A stretch of 64,000 nucleotides of DNA from an uncultured delta proteobacterium (GTDB lineage Bacteria; Myxococcota; Myxococcia; Myxococcales; Anaeromyxobacteraceae). The stretch lies in the NCBI GenBank assembly GCA_963828255.1, contig CAWHDZ010000021.1, forward strand, positions 96,001 to 160,000, in the 5' to 3' direction. Positions 45,107 through 55,373 of this stretch are shown here, piece after piece. Under the pieces are notes generated by a model, which worked only from the letters and a program-made list of their open reading frames with translations, did no database searches and was not told the DNA's origin. The position numbers were made by a program, and so were the translations under genes. Numbering within the stretch: the stretch's first letter is position 1; every line of letters begins with the position of its first letter.

Positions 45107-46381
45107 ATGATGCCTCCGTCCCGACATCGCCTTCCCGGCGCCGCCGTCCTGGCCGTGGCCGGAACCGCAATGGGCGCCCTCGCCGTCGGGGCGGTGGTGC
45201 TCCTGGGATCCGCAGCGGTCGCCGGCCCGGTCCTCCCGGCTCCACCCGTCGCTGCGGTGGTCGCCCCGGCACCCGCGCCTCCCCCGGACGTCACCCGGGC
45301 GACCTTGCGCCTGGTGGGGCGGAACCAGCTCCCCAGCCAGGTCCTCGCCTCGCTCGGACTCGAGGGCGCCGAGGCCCAGGCGGTGATGGGGGCCCTCGGC
45401 AGCGTGCTCTCCCCCAGGCGCACCCGCCCGGGCGACCAGGTCCGGCTCGAGCGCGCGGTGACGGACGGCTCCTTCCGGTCCCTCTCCTGGCGCCAGGGTC
45501 CGGCCGACGAGTACCTGGTCCGGCCCTGCCCCACGGGGCTCTGCGGCGGGAAGCGCGAGGTCGCCATCACCCGCCAGGCGGTCCTGGTCTCGGTCAGCCT
45601 CCGGTCGACCGTCTCCGAGGCGCTCCACGCCGCGGGGCACGACACCGCGCTGGTGGCCGCCGCCGCCGACGTCCTCGCCTGGGACGTGGACTTCTACCAG
45701 GACGTCCGCGGAGGCGACTCGCTCAAGCTGGTGGTCGAGCGGGTCGAGGCCGATGGCCGGTTCGTCGGCCACGGCGAGGTGCTCGCCGCCGAGTACGAGG
45801 GCAAGGTCGCCGGGCGCAAGCGGCTCTTCCGGTACACCGACCCGGACGGCGACACCGGCTACTTCGACGACGCCGGCACCAGCGCCCGCCGCGGGTTTCT
45901 CCGGGCGCCCTTGCCCTTCGTGAACCTGACCTCCCGCTTCGGCAACCGGCGCCACCCGCTGCTCGGCTACGTGCGCGCCCACCAGGGCGTGGACTACGGC
46001 GCGCCCGAGGGGACGCCGGTCTGGGCCGTGGGCGACGGCGTGGTCTCCCTGGCGGGGTGGAACGGCGGCTGCGGACTCACCGTGCAGGTCCGCCACCGCA
46101 ACGGGTTCGAGTCGGTCTACTGCCACCTGTCCCGCGTGAACGTGGCGGCGGGCGCCCGCGTCGGTCAGAAGCAGGTGGTGGGGCGCGTCGGCACCACCGG
46201 GCTCTCCACCGGGCCGCACCTCCACTACGCCATCCGGCAGGGGGGCGCCTACGTCAACCCGCTCCGGCTCCAGGTTCCCCGCGGAGAGCCGGTGAAGGCG
46301 GAGTGGCGCGAGCACTTCCTGGCCCGGATCGACGCCTCGCGGCGGCAGCTCGACAGCGGTCCGGTCGCGCTGCTCGACTGA
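45107..46381 (+). CDS. M23 family peptidoglycan endopeptidase (MepM-like)
   Basis: HQGVDYGAP, YCHLS, TGLSTGPHLHY. Confidence 0.92.
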   Translation: MMPPSRHRLPGAAVLAVAGTAMGALAVGAVVLLGSAAVAGPVLPAPPVAAVVAPAPAPPPDVTRATLRLVGRNQLPSQVLASLGLEGAEAQAVMGALGSVLSPRRTRPGDQVRLERAVTDGSFRSLSWRQGPADEYLVRPCPTGLCGGKREVAITRQAVLVSVSLRSTVSEALHAAGHDTALVAAAADVLAWDVDFYQDVRGGDSLKLVVERVEADGRFVGHGEVLAAEYEGKVAGRKRLFRYTDPDGDTGYFDDAGTSARRGFLRAPLPFVNLTSRFGNRRHPLLGYVRAHQGVDYGAPEGTPVWAVGDGVVSLAGWNGGCGLTVQVRHRNGFESVYCHLSRVNVAAGARVGQKQVVGRVGTTGLSTGPHLHYAIRQGGAYVNPLRLQVPRGEPVKAEWREHFLARIDASRRQLDSGPVALLD

Positions 46382-46391
46382 AGCTGCACCT

Positions 46392-49376
46392 TCACTGCCG
46401 GGCGAGGGTACGTTCCAGGCGCCGCGCCCTCTCGAGAAGCGGAAGCTCCGGGTCCGCTCCCTTCCAGTCCTCCAGCCAGGCCGTCACCCGTGACCGCGCC
46501 TCCTCATGCCGTCCCAGGCGGACGAGCGACTCGGCGGCGAGAAGGTCCGCCCAGGGCCGGAGGACGTAGACCGGCGCGGGCGCGTAGATGGGGTGGAGGG
46601 ATCGCACCAGCTCGAAGGCCTGCAGCGCCTCCGCGTGCCGTTCTTCCCGCGCGAGGGCCAGGCCCAGGAGGAACTGCACGTCCACGGACGGGGAGCGCCG
46701 GGAGAGATCACCGAGGATCTCGATCGCGTCCAGGTGACGCCGGTCCCGGAGCGCACGCACCGCGGCGTACTGCCTCTCGGAGAGGGAACCGGGAGGAAGG
46801 GCCTGCGCGCAGGCGGCCGCGGCCTCGTCCATGCCCACCCAGGCGAGCAGCCAGGCCTTCCGATCGCCGTCGAGGTCGGTCCCGGGTGGCGGGGGCGGAT
46901 GGGTCGCCTCGAGGGAGCGGCGAGCGGCCTGCAGATCGCCCCCGGTGAGGGCCAGGTAGGCGAGCATCGAGGCGTCGAAGGCGCCGTACTGCTCCCCGGC
47001 GTCCTCGCCGGCCACCGCGAGGAAGACCTCGCGCCCTTCCCGGGCCCGCCCCTGCATCGCCAGCAGGGGCGCCAGGACCTCGGCCGCCACCCGTCGCGGA
47101 CCCGGCCGCACGTCCGGCGCGAGCCACTTCCTCAGGCTCCGCTCCCCCTCGGCACGATCACCGGCGCCGACGAGCACCTCCGCCTGGGCGTAGGCGGTCT
47201 CGAAGTGCTCGCCTCCCGCCACGGAGGCGGCGCTCCTGGCTGCCACGAGGGCGTCTGCCCAGCGGTCGGAGGCGCCGAGCGCCCGCGCAACCATCGCCTG
47301 CGCCTCGGCCGAGGGGCGGAACCGTGCGGCCCGCTCCGCCCGCGCCAGCGCCTCCCCCCTGGGACCGAATCGCTCCAGCCACTCGAACAGGTGGATGTAG
47401 GCCACGAGGTAGGCAGGGTCGAGGTCGAGGGCGGCCCGGAAGAGGGCGGCTGCGCGGGCGAAGCCGCCCGGCGTGTCTCCGTGCCAGAAGGCCTCGCCGG
47501 CCACGTAGAGGACCTGCTTGTCGAGCGGGTAGTCGAGCGCGAGCGCGTCCAGGATCCGCGTCGCCTCGGTGTGGCGTTGCTCGACGAAGGCCCTGTACCC
47601 CAGGACGAGGCGCCGCTCCCGGTCCGGCAGGCCTCCGGCGTTCCGCGCGGCCGACTCCATGTGGGAGCGGGCGTTCTCGTCGGGTGCGTCATGCCAGCCG
47701 GCCAGGATCGCCATCTCGAGGTGCGGCATGGCGAAGTCGGGGGCCTCGGCGATGGCCTCCTTGTACTCGGCGATGGCGGCCGAGACGTCGAAGGTCTCGT
47801 TCGCGAACTGCTGCCCGAGCAGGTAGTGGCGGTAGGCCTCGAGGTTCTTCGTCACCACGGTTCCGCCACGCGCCGCATCACCCCCCGGTCCCTCCCGCAG
47901 GCCCTGCCGGATCGACGCCACGAGCCGGTCCACCAGGTCCGGGGTCGAGCCGTTCACCGGTGTGGCGGGTGTGCGCTCCTCGATGTCGAAGAGGGTGGCC
48001 ATGCTGGCCGGTTCGAGCCCGTGGACCCGGATCACCAGGTCCTGGCCGGCGCGCCGGACCTCCGGGAGCAGCAGCACCTGGGCCGAGAGCTTCCGCGACA
48101 CCTCCCTCGCCACCGCCGGCTCGACCTTTCCCGGCGATCCGAGGGAGTCCTGCGCGGCGAGGTCGAGAAGTCGCAGCCTCCCCGGGACGTCGAGGGCGCG
48201 AGACTGCTCGAGCGCGGTCGCGAGCATGGGCGAGATGGCGTCGAACGCCGGATCGCCGGTGCGGTTCACCGGATCCGCCACCACCACGATCGTCCGGCCC
48301 GCACGGACGACGCCGGCCGCCCCGGCCGCCCGCTCGTGGAGGAAGGCGCCCAGGATCGAACCCGCGATGGCGGCGAGGAGCAGCGGTACGAGTCGCCTCA
48401 GGAGGGGACGACGGTGGGCCCGGGGGCGCTCGCCGGGTGAGGCGACGGGGCTCTCCGGGGGGTGCCCGTTCATCTCGTCGAGTTCCCGCGCGACGGCCGC
48501 GGCGTCGCGGGGGCGAGCCACCGGATCGCGCGCGAGCATCCGCTGCACCAGGGGGCCGAGTTGCTGGGGTTCGGGGACCTCCAGGACGGGCGGGCCGCGG
48601 GCATCCCGGGCGCCGGTCTCTCCGGGGAAGGGCAGCTCCCCGGTGAGCATCTCGAAGATGAGCACCCCCAGCGCGAAGACGTCGGTCCGCTCGTCCTCCG
48701 GAGCCCCGCGCCACTGCTCCGGCGCCATGTACGCTGGCGTTCCGCCCTCCACCCCCCGCTGCCCGAAGGCGCAAGCCAGGCCGAAGTCGAGGACCTTGGA
48801 GTGCCCGTCCTCGTCCAGGAAGACGTTCCTGGGGTTCAGGTCACGGTGGAAGACCCCGGCGGAGTGGGCGTGGGCCAGCGCCGCCGCCACGTCCCTGGCG
48901 ACGTGGAGCGCGTCCCTGGCCGGCAGCGGACCGTTCTCCAGGATCTCCGCCAGCGTCCGGCCGCGCAGCAGTTCCAGGACCAGGTACGGGCCGTAGTCCG
49001 AGTGACCCAGGTCGTGGAGCTGGACGATGTTGGGGTGCGACAGGCGGGCCGCCGCGGCGGCCTCCCGCACCAGCCGATCCTCCCGCACCGCCCCCTTGCC
49101 GCCACCCACGACCTTGAAGGCCACCACGCGGCCGAGCGAGAGGTCGCGCGCCTCGTACACGACCCCGAACCCTCCCCGGCCGACCTCGCGGACGATCTCG
49201 AACCGTCCCTCGACGATCACGCCGGGACGGAGCCGCGCCGCGGCCTTCCCGATGTCCACCTCGGGAGCCTGGGCAATCTCTGCGAGAAGCGCGGAGATGG
49301 AACGCCCACCGAACGGGCGGCGGCCCGGCTCCACGCTCCCTCCGTTGCGGCCGTTGCGGCCGTTGGCCACGGCCAT
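46392..49376 (-). CDS. Membrane Ser/Thr protein kinase with C-terminal TPR region
   Basis: GRGGFG, VAFK, HRDLNPRN, DFG, GTPAYMAPEQ; TM segment; TPR-like helices. Confidence 0.92.
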   Translation of the reverse strand: MAVANGRNGRNGGSVEPGRRPFGGRSISALLAEIAQAPEVDIGKAAARLRPGVIVEGRFEIVREVGRGGFGVVYEARDLSLGRVVAFKVVGGGKGAVREDRLVREAAAAARLSHPNIVQLHDLGHSDYGPYLVLELLRGRTLAEILENGPLPARDALHVARDVAAALAHAHSAGVFHRDLNPRNVFLDEDGHSKVLDFGLACAFGQRGVEGGTPAYMAPEQWRGAPEDERTDVFALGVLIFEMLTGELPFPGETGARDARGPPVLEVPEPQQLGPLVQRMLARDPVARPRDAAAVARELDEMNGHPPESPVASPGERPRAHRRPLLRRLVPLLLAAIAGSILGAFLHERAAGAAGVVRAGRTIVVVADPVNRTGDPAFDAISPMLATALEQSRALDVPGRLRLLDLAAQDSLGSPGKVEPAVAREVSRKLSAQVLLLPEVRRAGQDLVIRVHGLEPASMATLFDIEERTPATPVNGSTPDLVDRLVASIRQGLREGPGGDAARGGTVVTKNLEAYRHYLLGQQFANETFDVSAAIAEYKEAIAEAPDFAMPHLEMAILAGWHDAPDENARSHMESAARNAGGLPDRERRLVLGYRAFVEQRHTEATRILDALALDYPLDKQVLYVAGEAFWHGDTPGGFARAAALFRAALDLDPAYLVAYIHLFEWLERFGPRGEALARAERAARFRPSAEAQAMVARALGASDRWADALVAARSAASVAGGEHFETAYAQAEVLVGAGDRAEGERSLRKWLAPDVRPGPRRVAAEVLAPLLAMQGRAREGREVFLAVAGEDAGEQYGAFDASMLAYLALTGGDLQAARRSLEATHPPPPPGTDLDGDRKAWLLAWVGMDEAAAACAQALPPGSLSERQYAAVRALRDRRHLDAIEILGDLSRRSPSVDVQFLLGLALAREERHAEALQAFELVRSLHPIYAPAPVYVLRPWADLLAAESLVRLGRHEEARSRVTAWLEDWKGADPELPLLERARRLERTLARQ

Positions 49377-49475
49377 GCGTCTCCCCCCGTCGTCTGGCCC
49401 CCTACCCTGGACAGACGCTAGATCGACGCGGATGTGACAACGGGGCCCTCACCCCGAAAGGGCCTGATTCTCGGG

Positions 49476-51479
49476 TCAGCGGCGGCGACGGCGCGCCTTC
49501 TCCGCTGCCAGCGCCTTTCCGAACGCCTCCTTGCCGTGGAGGGCGGAGACCAGCCCGTCCAGGTCCTCGGGCTTCACCTCGAGGAAGGTGTGGGTGCGGC
49601 GCAGCTCGACCTTGAGCAGCTCGACCCCCGGGGCAAGGGAGGCGATGGTCTCGCGGACGCGGGCCTCGTCGGCTCCGTCCACCTCGCCGGCGCTCAGGAA
49701 GACGCGCGACGCGGACGGACGGCCGCGGTCGGCCCCCCCCTCGGACGGCTCTGGCTCGCGGGTGGCGGGGATCTCGACCGGCGCCCTCGGTTCCCTGGTC
49801 GCGGGGATCTCGACCGGCGCGGCACGCGGAGGAGCGGCCACGGCCACCTCCCGCCCCTCGAAGATCTCGCGGTCGCTCCGCGGGCGGGGCGCGCGCTCGA
49901 CCCTCTCGACCCGCTCGCCGGGTCCGCTGCGTCCGCCCCGATCGCCGCGATCGCTCCGGCCCGTGCGCTCACGGCCCTCGCGCCCTCCCCTGTCGCGGGA
50001 CTCCCCGCGCGCCTCGGGGCGGGGCTCGCGCTTCGGGGCGGCCTTCAGCTCCTTGCGCTCGTGCTCCTCCTTCTTGTGCACGGCCTTGTTCAGGTCCTGG
50101 ACCTTCTCGATGCGGTGGTGCGTGAAGAAGTACTTGAGCGCGAAGGCCAGCAGGTGGTCGGCTTCCGGGCGGTTCTTGATCTCCTGCGCCAGCGGGATGT
50201 AGCCCTCGAAGATCGAGGCGCTCATCCCGTCCCGGAGCTCGTGCACGTGCCGGTCGGTCCAGATGCGGCGCGCCTCCTCCTGCGTCGGCATCTGCTTCTC
50301 CTCGAAGACCACACCGAACTTCTTCTGCAGGACGCCGAGCGTGATCCCCTCGGCGCCGGTGACCAGCGACAGCGCCGTGCCCTTCTTGCCGATGCGGCCG
50401 GTGCGGCCGGCGCGGTGCAGGTAGACGGCCGGGTCCTCGGGCAGCGAGTAGTTCACGATGTGCGAGAGGTCCGAGATGTCGATGCCGCGGGCGGCGATGT
50501 CCGTCGCCACCATGAAGCGCACCTCGCCGCGCTTCACCTTGGCCATGACCCGCTCCCGCTCCTTCTGGGGCAGCTCGCCGTTCAGGAGCTCGGCCTCGTA
50601 CCCGTTGCGGTTCAGGACGGCGGTGATGAGCGAGGTGTCACTGCGGGTGTTGCAGAAGACGATGGCCGAATCCGGCTCCTCGATCTCCACCATGTAGAGG
50701 AGGTTGCGCGGCTTCGGGTAGGCCTCGTTGGTGTGGTAGAGGACGTTGCGGATGTTGTCGACGCGGTACTCGTCGCCGGAGAGGAGGATGGTCTCCGGGT
50801 CGGTGAGGTACTCCTTGATGATCTGCTCGATGTCGGCCGGGACGGTGGCCGAGAAGAGCAGCTGCTGGCAGTCGTCGGGGAGGTGGCCGAGGATCCGCGT
50901 CACCTCCTCGAAAAACCCCATGTTGAGCATCTCGTCGGCCTCGTCGAGGCAGCTCACCATGCAGCCGGAGAGGTCGAGGGTGTGCCGGCGGATGTGGTCA
51001 TAGATCCGGCCCGGGGTGCCCACCACGATCTCCGCTCCGGCGTGCAGCCCGTCGAGCTGGTCGCCCATCGACGCACCGCCGTAGATGGTGACGACACGGA
51101 TCCCCTTGGGCTTCCCGAGGGCCTGCAGCTCCTCGGCGACCTGGATGGCCAGCTCGCGGGTGGGCGCCATGACGAGCGCCGACGGGCGGCCGCGGCCGGC
51201 CGGGATGCGCTCGATGATGGGGATGCCGAAGGCGGCGGTCTTGCCGGTCCCGGTCTTCGAGCGGACGATGACGTCCTTGCCGGCCAGGATGGGTCGTACC
51301 GTCGCCGACTGGACCGGCGTGGGGCGCTCGTAGCCCCGCTCGGCGATGGCGCGGCGGACGGGCTCGGAGAGCCCCATCTCGTCGAAGGTTGCGTCTGAAA
51401 AGTAATCCGATCGGACCTCGGACGGTCCTCCGGAAGGAGCCGTGTCGCTCAAGTGCTGCCCTTTCTGTGAAGGGCGCAT
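49476..51479 (-). CDS. DEAD-box RNA helicase with DbpA-type C-terminal RNA-binding domain
   Basis: Q motif, TGTGKT, PTRELA, TPGR, DEAD, SAT, ARGID, HRAGRTGR. Confidence 0.95.
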   Translation of the reverse strand: MRPSQKGQHLSDTAPSGGPSEVRSDYFSDATFDEMGLSEPVRRAIAERGYERPTPVQSATVRPILAGKDVIVRSKTGTGKTAAFGIPIIERIPAGRGRPSALVMAPTRELAIQVAEELQALGKPKGIRVVTIYGGASMGDQLDGLHAGAEIVVGTPGRIYDHIRRHTLDLSGCMVSCLDEADEMLNMGFFEEVTRILGHLPDDCQQLLFSATVPADIEQIIKEYLTDPETILLSGDEYRVDNIRNVLYHTNEAYPKPRNLLYMVEIEEPDSAIVFCNTRSDTSLITAVLNRNGYEAELLNGELPQKERERVMAKVKRGEVRFMVATDIAARGIDISDLSHIVNYSLPEDPAVYLHRAGRTGRIGKKGTALSLVTGAEGITLGVLQKKFGVVFEEKQMPTQEEARRIWTDRHVHELRDGMSASIFEGYIPLAQEIKNRPEADHLLAFALKYFFTHHRIEKVQDLNKAVHKKEEHERKELKAAPKREPRPEARGESRDRGGREGRERTGRSDRGDRGGRSGPGERVERVERAPRPRSDREIFEGREVAVAAPPRAAPVEIPATREPRAPVEIPATREPEPSEGGADRGRPSASRVFLSAGEVDGADEARVRETIASLAPGVELLKVELRRTHTFLEVKPEDLDGLVSALHGKEAFGKALAAEKARRRRR
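49752..49820 (-). repeat. 36-bp-period in-frame duplication (APVEIPATREP x2) in the helicase linker
   Basis: Direct repeat visible at DNA and protein level. Confidence 0.85.
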
Positions 51480-51639
51480 GGCGGCTCGCCAGACTGCGTG
51501 GGCCCCGCTCCTCGAGCGGGGGCCGCGCCTTCGCGCGAACCGGCCATGCGCCGGACGTGCCTTGCGTGCAAGGCGGACTTCTCATATCACAACCCCGGGG
51601 GCGATCGGAAATTCCCCAGTCTTTCCCCCACGGAGACCC

Positions 51640-52647
51640 GTGCCGACCGACAGGAAAGCCACCCCACAGGAGCCCGAGGTCGTCGAGGCGGAGATCGTCG
51701 AGGACGACGACCTCGACGCTGCCCCGGAGGTGGCCGCGGTCGAGGTGACGCCGGAGCCCTCCGGCACCAGCCTGGCCCGCTCCGACCCGCTCCGGGCCTA
51801 CATGGCCGAGGTCTCCCGCCATCCGCTCCTCACCCGGGAGGAGGAGCTGGAGCTCGCCACCCTCTACGCGCGGACCGGGGACCGCGCGGCCGCCTGGCGG
51901 CTCGTCACCTCCAACCTGCGACTGGTCGTGAAGATCGCCCGCGAGTACCACCGCGGGGTCTTCCAGCTCCTCGACCTCATCCAGGAGGGCAACGTCGGGC
52001 TCATGCAGGCGGTGCGGAAGTTCGACCCGCTGAAGGGCGTGAAGCTCTCCACCTACGCCGCCTGGTGGATCCGCGCGTACATCATCCGCTTCATCATGGA
52101 CAACTGGCGCCAGGTGAAGCTCGGGACCACCCAGGCGCAGCGCAGGCTCTTCTTCAACCTGGGCAAGGAGCGGGAGCGGCTGCTGGCGCGGGGAATCGAG
52201 CCCACGCCGCGGCTGCTGGCCCGCAACCTCCGGGTGGACGAGGAGGACGTGAACGAGATGGCGGCCCGCATGTCCGGGGACGACCTCTCGCTCGACCAGC
52301 CCATCCGCGGCGAGGACGGCGAGTCGTCGGTCTCCCGGATGGACCGGCTGGAAGACCGGGGCGCCACCCCCGCCGACGAGACCGTCGCCGCCGAGCAGAT
52401 GCGCAAGCTCTTCCGGGAGAAGCTCGACGCCTTCGGGCTCACCCTCACCGACGAGCGGGAGAAGGCCATCTTCGCCGAACGCCTCCTGCCACGCGACGGG
52501 GCCGACCCGGTCACCCTCTCCGATCTGGGCGCGCGCTTCGGCCTCACCCGCGAGCGGGCCCGGCAGATCGAGGCCAAGCTCACCTCGCGCCTGCGCGACT
52601 TCGTGAAGGCCGAGATCCCCGACTTCGACCTGCTGGGACCGGACTAG
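51640..52647 (+). CDS. RNA polymerase sigma factor, RpoH/sigma32 family
   Basis: SNLRLVVKIA, DLIQEGN.GLM, STYA.WWIRA, RpoH box (QRRLFFNL), TRERARQIE; GTG start after GGAG. Confidence 0.92.
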   Translation: MPTDRKATPQEPEVVEAEIVEDDDLDAAPEVAAVEVTPEPSGTSLARSDPLRAYMAEVSRHPLLTREEELELATLYARTGDRAAAWRLVTSNLRLVVKIAREYHRGVFQLLDLIQEGNVGLMQAVRKFDPLKGVKLSTYAAWWIRAYIIRFIMDNWRQVKLGTTQAQRRLFFNLGKERERLLARGIEPTPRLLARNLRVDEEDVNEMAARMSGDDLSLDQPIRGEDGESSVSRMDRLEDRGATPADETVAAEQMRKLFREKLDAFGLTLTDEREKAIFAERLLPRDGADPVTLSDLGARFGLTRERARQIEAKLTSRLRDFVKAEIPDFDLLGPD

Positions 52648-52651
52648 CGAG

Positions 52652-53311
52652 GTGGGAAGGGCGCTCTGGCTCGTCACCGGTGGGGCCGTGGCGCTCGCCG
52701 CCGCCCCGTTCCTGTCACCTCTCCTGGCCGGGGAGGCCCCGGCTCACCTGCCCGGACCGTCCTTCACCGACGACTTCGAGCGCCGCGAGGTCGGGCCCGA
52801 CTGGTGGTCCACCGGCGGGCCCTGGATGGTCCGCCGGGGAGAGCTCTGGGGGGCCGGGACCCGCAACAACCCGCTCTGGCTCGCGATGCCCCTGCCCCGC
52901 GACGTCGCGGTGTCGTTCACGGCCCGGAGCGAGACGGCCACCGGCACGCGCCCGGGGGACGTCAAGCTCGAGATCTTCGGCGACGGGCGCAGGGCCGGGT
53001 CGGGGTACGTGCTCATCCTGGGCGGCTGGGGGAACGCTATCTCGGTCATCGCGCGCCGCGACGAGCACGGTGCCGACCGGGTGGAGCGGTCGGACCGGCG
53101 GGTCGAGCCCGGCCGGACCTACCGGATGCGGGTCGAGCGGCGCGGCCAGGTGCTTCGCTGGATCGTGGACGGCGAGGAGTTCCTGGTGCTCGACGACCCG
53201 GCGCCCCTCTCCGGCCCGGGACACGACCGGTTCGGCTTCTCCTCCTGGGACGCCGACCTCTTCTTCGACGACCTGCGGGTCGAACCCCTTCACGCGGAGC
53301 GAATCCCATGA
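52652..53311 (+). CDS. Secreted hypothetical protein, concanavalin-A-like beta-sandwich
   Basis: Signal peptide; F.DDF.R..G..W start and FDDLRV end typical of LamG/DUF1080-like folds. Confidence 0.65.
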   Translation: MGRALWLVTGGAVALAAAPFLSPLLAGEAPAHLPGPSFTDDFERREVGPDWWSTGGPWMVRRGELWGAGTRNNPLWLAMPLPRDVAVSFTARSETATGTRPGDVKLEIFGDGRRAGSGYVLILGGWGNAISVIARRDEHGADRVERSDRRVEPGRTYRMRVERRGQVLRWIVDGEEFLVLDDPAPLSGPGHDRFGFSSWDADLFFDDLRVEPLHAERIP

Positions 53312-54423
53312 CCCGAGCCACCTGGATCGCCGCCGGCGCGGCCGCCACGGTCACCGCGATCGCGTGGCTGCTTCTCGCGCCGGTGCCCATCGAGCCGGTC
53401 GCCTGGCGCGCCCCTGCACCTCCGGCCCGCACCGGCGTGCTCGCCCCCAACGACCGGCTCCGCGGCGTCGAGCGGGTCGGCGGACCGGACGTGGCGAAGC
53501 CCGAGGCCACCGCCATCGACGAGGCCGGCCGGATCCACGCCGGCCTGGCCGACGGACGGGTGGTCCGCATCGACCCCGCCACCGGAAAGGCCACGACGCT
53601 GGCCGCCACGGGTGGCCGTCCCCTCGGCTTGGCCTTCGACGCCGGGGGTCTACTGTACGTCTGCGACGCCGCGAAGGGGCTCCTGCGCATCTCGCCGTCG
53701 GGCGAGGTGACCACGCTCGCCACCGGACAGGCCGGCCTGCCCTTCGGGTTCACCGACGACGTCTCCGTCGCCCCGGACGGGATGGTCTACTTCACCGACG
53801 CCACCTGGCGGTTCGGCGTGGGGACCTACCGCGACGACATCCTCGAGCACGCCGGCACGGGCCGGCTCCTCTCCTTCGATCCGCGAACCGGACAGGTCGC
53901 CCTGGTCCTCTCCGGCCTCCAGTTCGCGAACGGCGTGGCGGTGTCCGGCGACGGCAGCTACCTCGTCGTGGCCGAGACCGGCAGCTACCGGCTGCAGCGA
54001 CACTGGCTCACCGGGCCGCGGCGCGGAACCTCCGAACCCTTCGTGGAGAACCTGCCCGGCTTCCCCGACAACGTGACCTGGTCGGCCGAACGGAAGGTCT
54101 TCTGGGTCGCGCTCTGGCCCCGGGTGGGCGTCGTGGATGCGCTGGCCCCCTACCCGTTCCTGCGCAAGGTGGTCCGCCGCCTGCCGCGCTGGCTCCAGCC
54201 CGACCCGGCCACCCACGCGTGGATCGTGGCCGTGGACGAGCAGGGGCGGATCGTCGAGAGCCTGGAGTGGCTCGCCCCGGAGTCCTACTTCCCGGTCACC
54301 AGCGTGCGGGAACGGGGCGGATGGCTCTGGCTCGGGAGCCTGGGGCAGGACGGCGTGGGGCGGATCGCCGCGCCGCCGATCAGCCAGGCGCCGCCCGTCA
54401 GTCCGGCTGCGTCGCGCCCTTGA
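53308..54423 (+). CDS. SMP-30/gluconolactonase/strictosidine synthase family beta-propeller
   Basis: GGRPLGL, FTDD, YFTDA, FANGV, NLPGFPDN. Confidence 0.92.
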   Translation: MTRATWIAAGAAATVTAIAWLLLAPVPIEPVAWRAPAPPARTGVLAPNDRLRGVERVGGPDVAKPEATAIDEAGRIHAGLADGRVVRIDPATGKATTLAATGGRPLGLAFDAGGLLYVCDAAKGLLRISPSGEVTTLATGQAGLPFGFTDDVSVAPDGMVYFTDATWRFGVGTYRDDILEHAGTGRLLSFDPRTGQVALVLSGLQFANGVAVSGDGSYLVVAETGSYRLQRHWLTGPRRGTSEPFVENLPGFPDNVTWSAERKVFWVALWPRVGVVDALAPYPFLRKVVRRLPRWLQPDPATHAWIVAVDEQGRIVESLEWLAPESYFPVTSVRERGGWLWLGSLGQDGVGRIAAPPISQAPPVSPAASRP

Positions 54424-55078
54424 CCGGAGCCGGCGAGCCCCTTCGCGGCGTGGCCTCGGCGCCACGGCCCCAGGCCCGGGAGAGCTGGAAGGCCGTGCCG
54501 GCCACGGTCAGGATGGCGGCTGCAGCCAGCATCGCCGAGGGATGGGAGAGGAGCGCGCGCCCCGGGGGCGTCCCGCGGAGCGCCCCCGCCGCACCGACGG
54601 CGACCGCCATCGCTCCGGCTCCGGAGGCGGCCGCCGCGGCCACCGGGCGGGCCGCGAGGACCCCGAGGAGTGCGCCCATGACGGCGCCGGCGGCCATCAC
54701 CTCGAGCCTCCGGTCGGCGGGGGCGAGGAGTTCCGCGAGGAGCGCACCCGGGACCGCCCCGGCCAGCCCCGGGAAGACCTGTGGCACGAGAGCCGCCACG
54801 GCCCCCGACACCGCCGCCGCGACCGCGGCGAGCGTGGAGGGCGCCATCCCCATCGGGGCGCCGGCCCGCGCCCCAACCCAGTGCACGGCCAGCGCAGCGA
54901 CGCCGGCCGCGCCCACCACCGCCACCGGCCTGCGCGCGCGCGCACCGAAGAGCATCACCACGAGCCCCGCCGCGGCCACGCCGGCCGGCACCGGCCAGCC
55001 TGACCGGCCGAGCTCGCTCGCGACCGCGGCGGCCCAGCCACCCGCGTCGCGGAGCGCCGCCTCGACAGCCGCGCTCAT
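54398..55078 (-). CDS. Hypothetical multi-pass membrane protein
   Basis: Several Ala/Gly/Leu hydrophobic segments; ATGA overlap with the upstream small gene. Confidence 0.6.
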   Translation of the reverse strand: MSAAVEAALRDAGGWAAAVASELGRSGWPVPAGVAAAGLVVMLFGARARRPVAVVGAAGVAALAVHWVGARAGAPMGMAPSTLAAVAAAVSGAVAALVPQVFPGLAGAVPGALLAELLAPADRRLEVMAAGAVMGALLGVLAARPVAAAAASGAGAMAVAVGAAGALRGTPPGRALLSHPSAMLAAAAILTVAGTAFQLSRAWGRGAEATPRRGSPAPVKGATQPD

Positions 55079-55332
55079 CGCATCCGGAGCCCGGCCGCCG
55101 CCACGACCGCCAGGAAGACGAGGCCACCCACGAAGGCCAGCAGGGCCGCCGGGTTTGGGCGGAGGCGCGCCCGCACGAGCTCGACCGGCCCGCGCTCCCC
55201 CTCGACCGCAGGACTCCCGGCTCCGGGCCCGGCGAGGAGGGCCACCTCGGCCCGGGCCGCGCGCCAGTCGCCCGCGGCGACCAGCCCCTCGAGCCGCTCC
55301 ACGCCTGCCTCTTTTCGTTCCTTCCGGGCCAC
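55075..55332 (-). CDS. Small hypothetical membrane protein
   Basis: 85 aa with a C-terminal TM; stop/start overlap with the next gene. Confidence 0.55.
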   Translation of the reverse strand: MARKERKEAGVERLEGLVAAGDWRAARAEVALLAGPGAGSPAVEGERGPVELVRARLRPNPAALLAFVGGLVFLAVVAAAGLRMR

Positions 55333-55373
55333 GCCGGAAATCTAGCAGAGGTGTAGTAGGTTTCCCACGCGCC

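Noticed and set aside
49441..49465. Hairpin after the DEAD-box helicase as a terminator
   Set aside because: Short stem with no U tract; indistinguishable from high-GC background.
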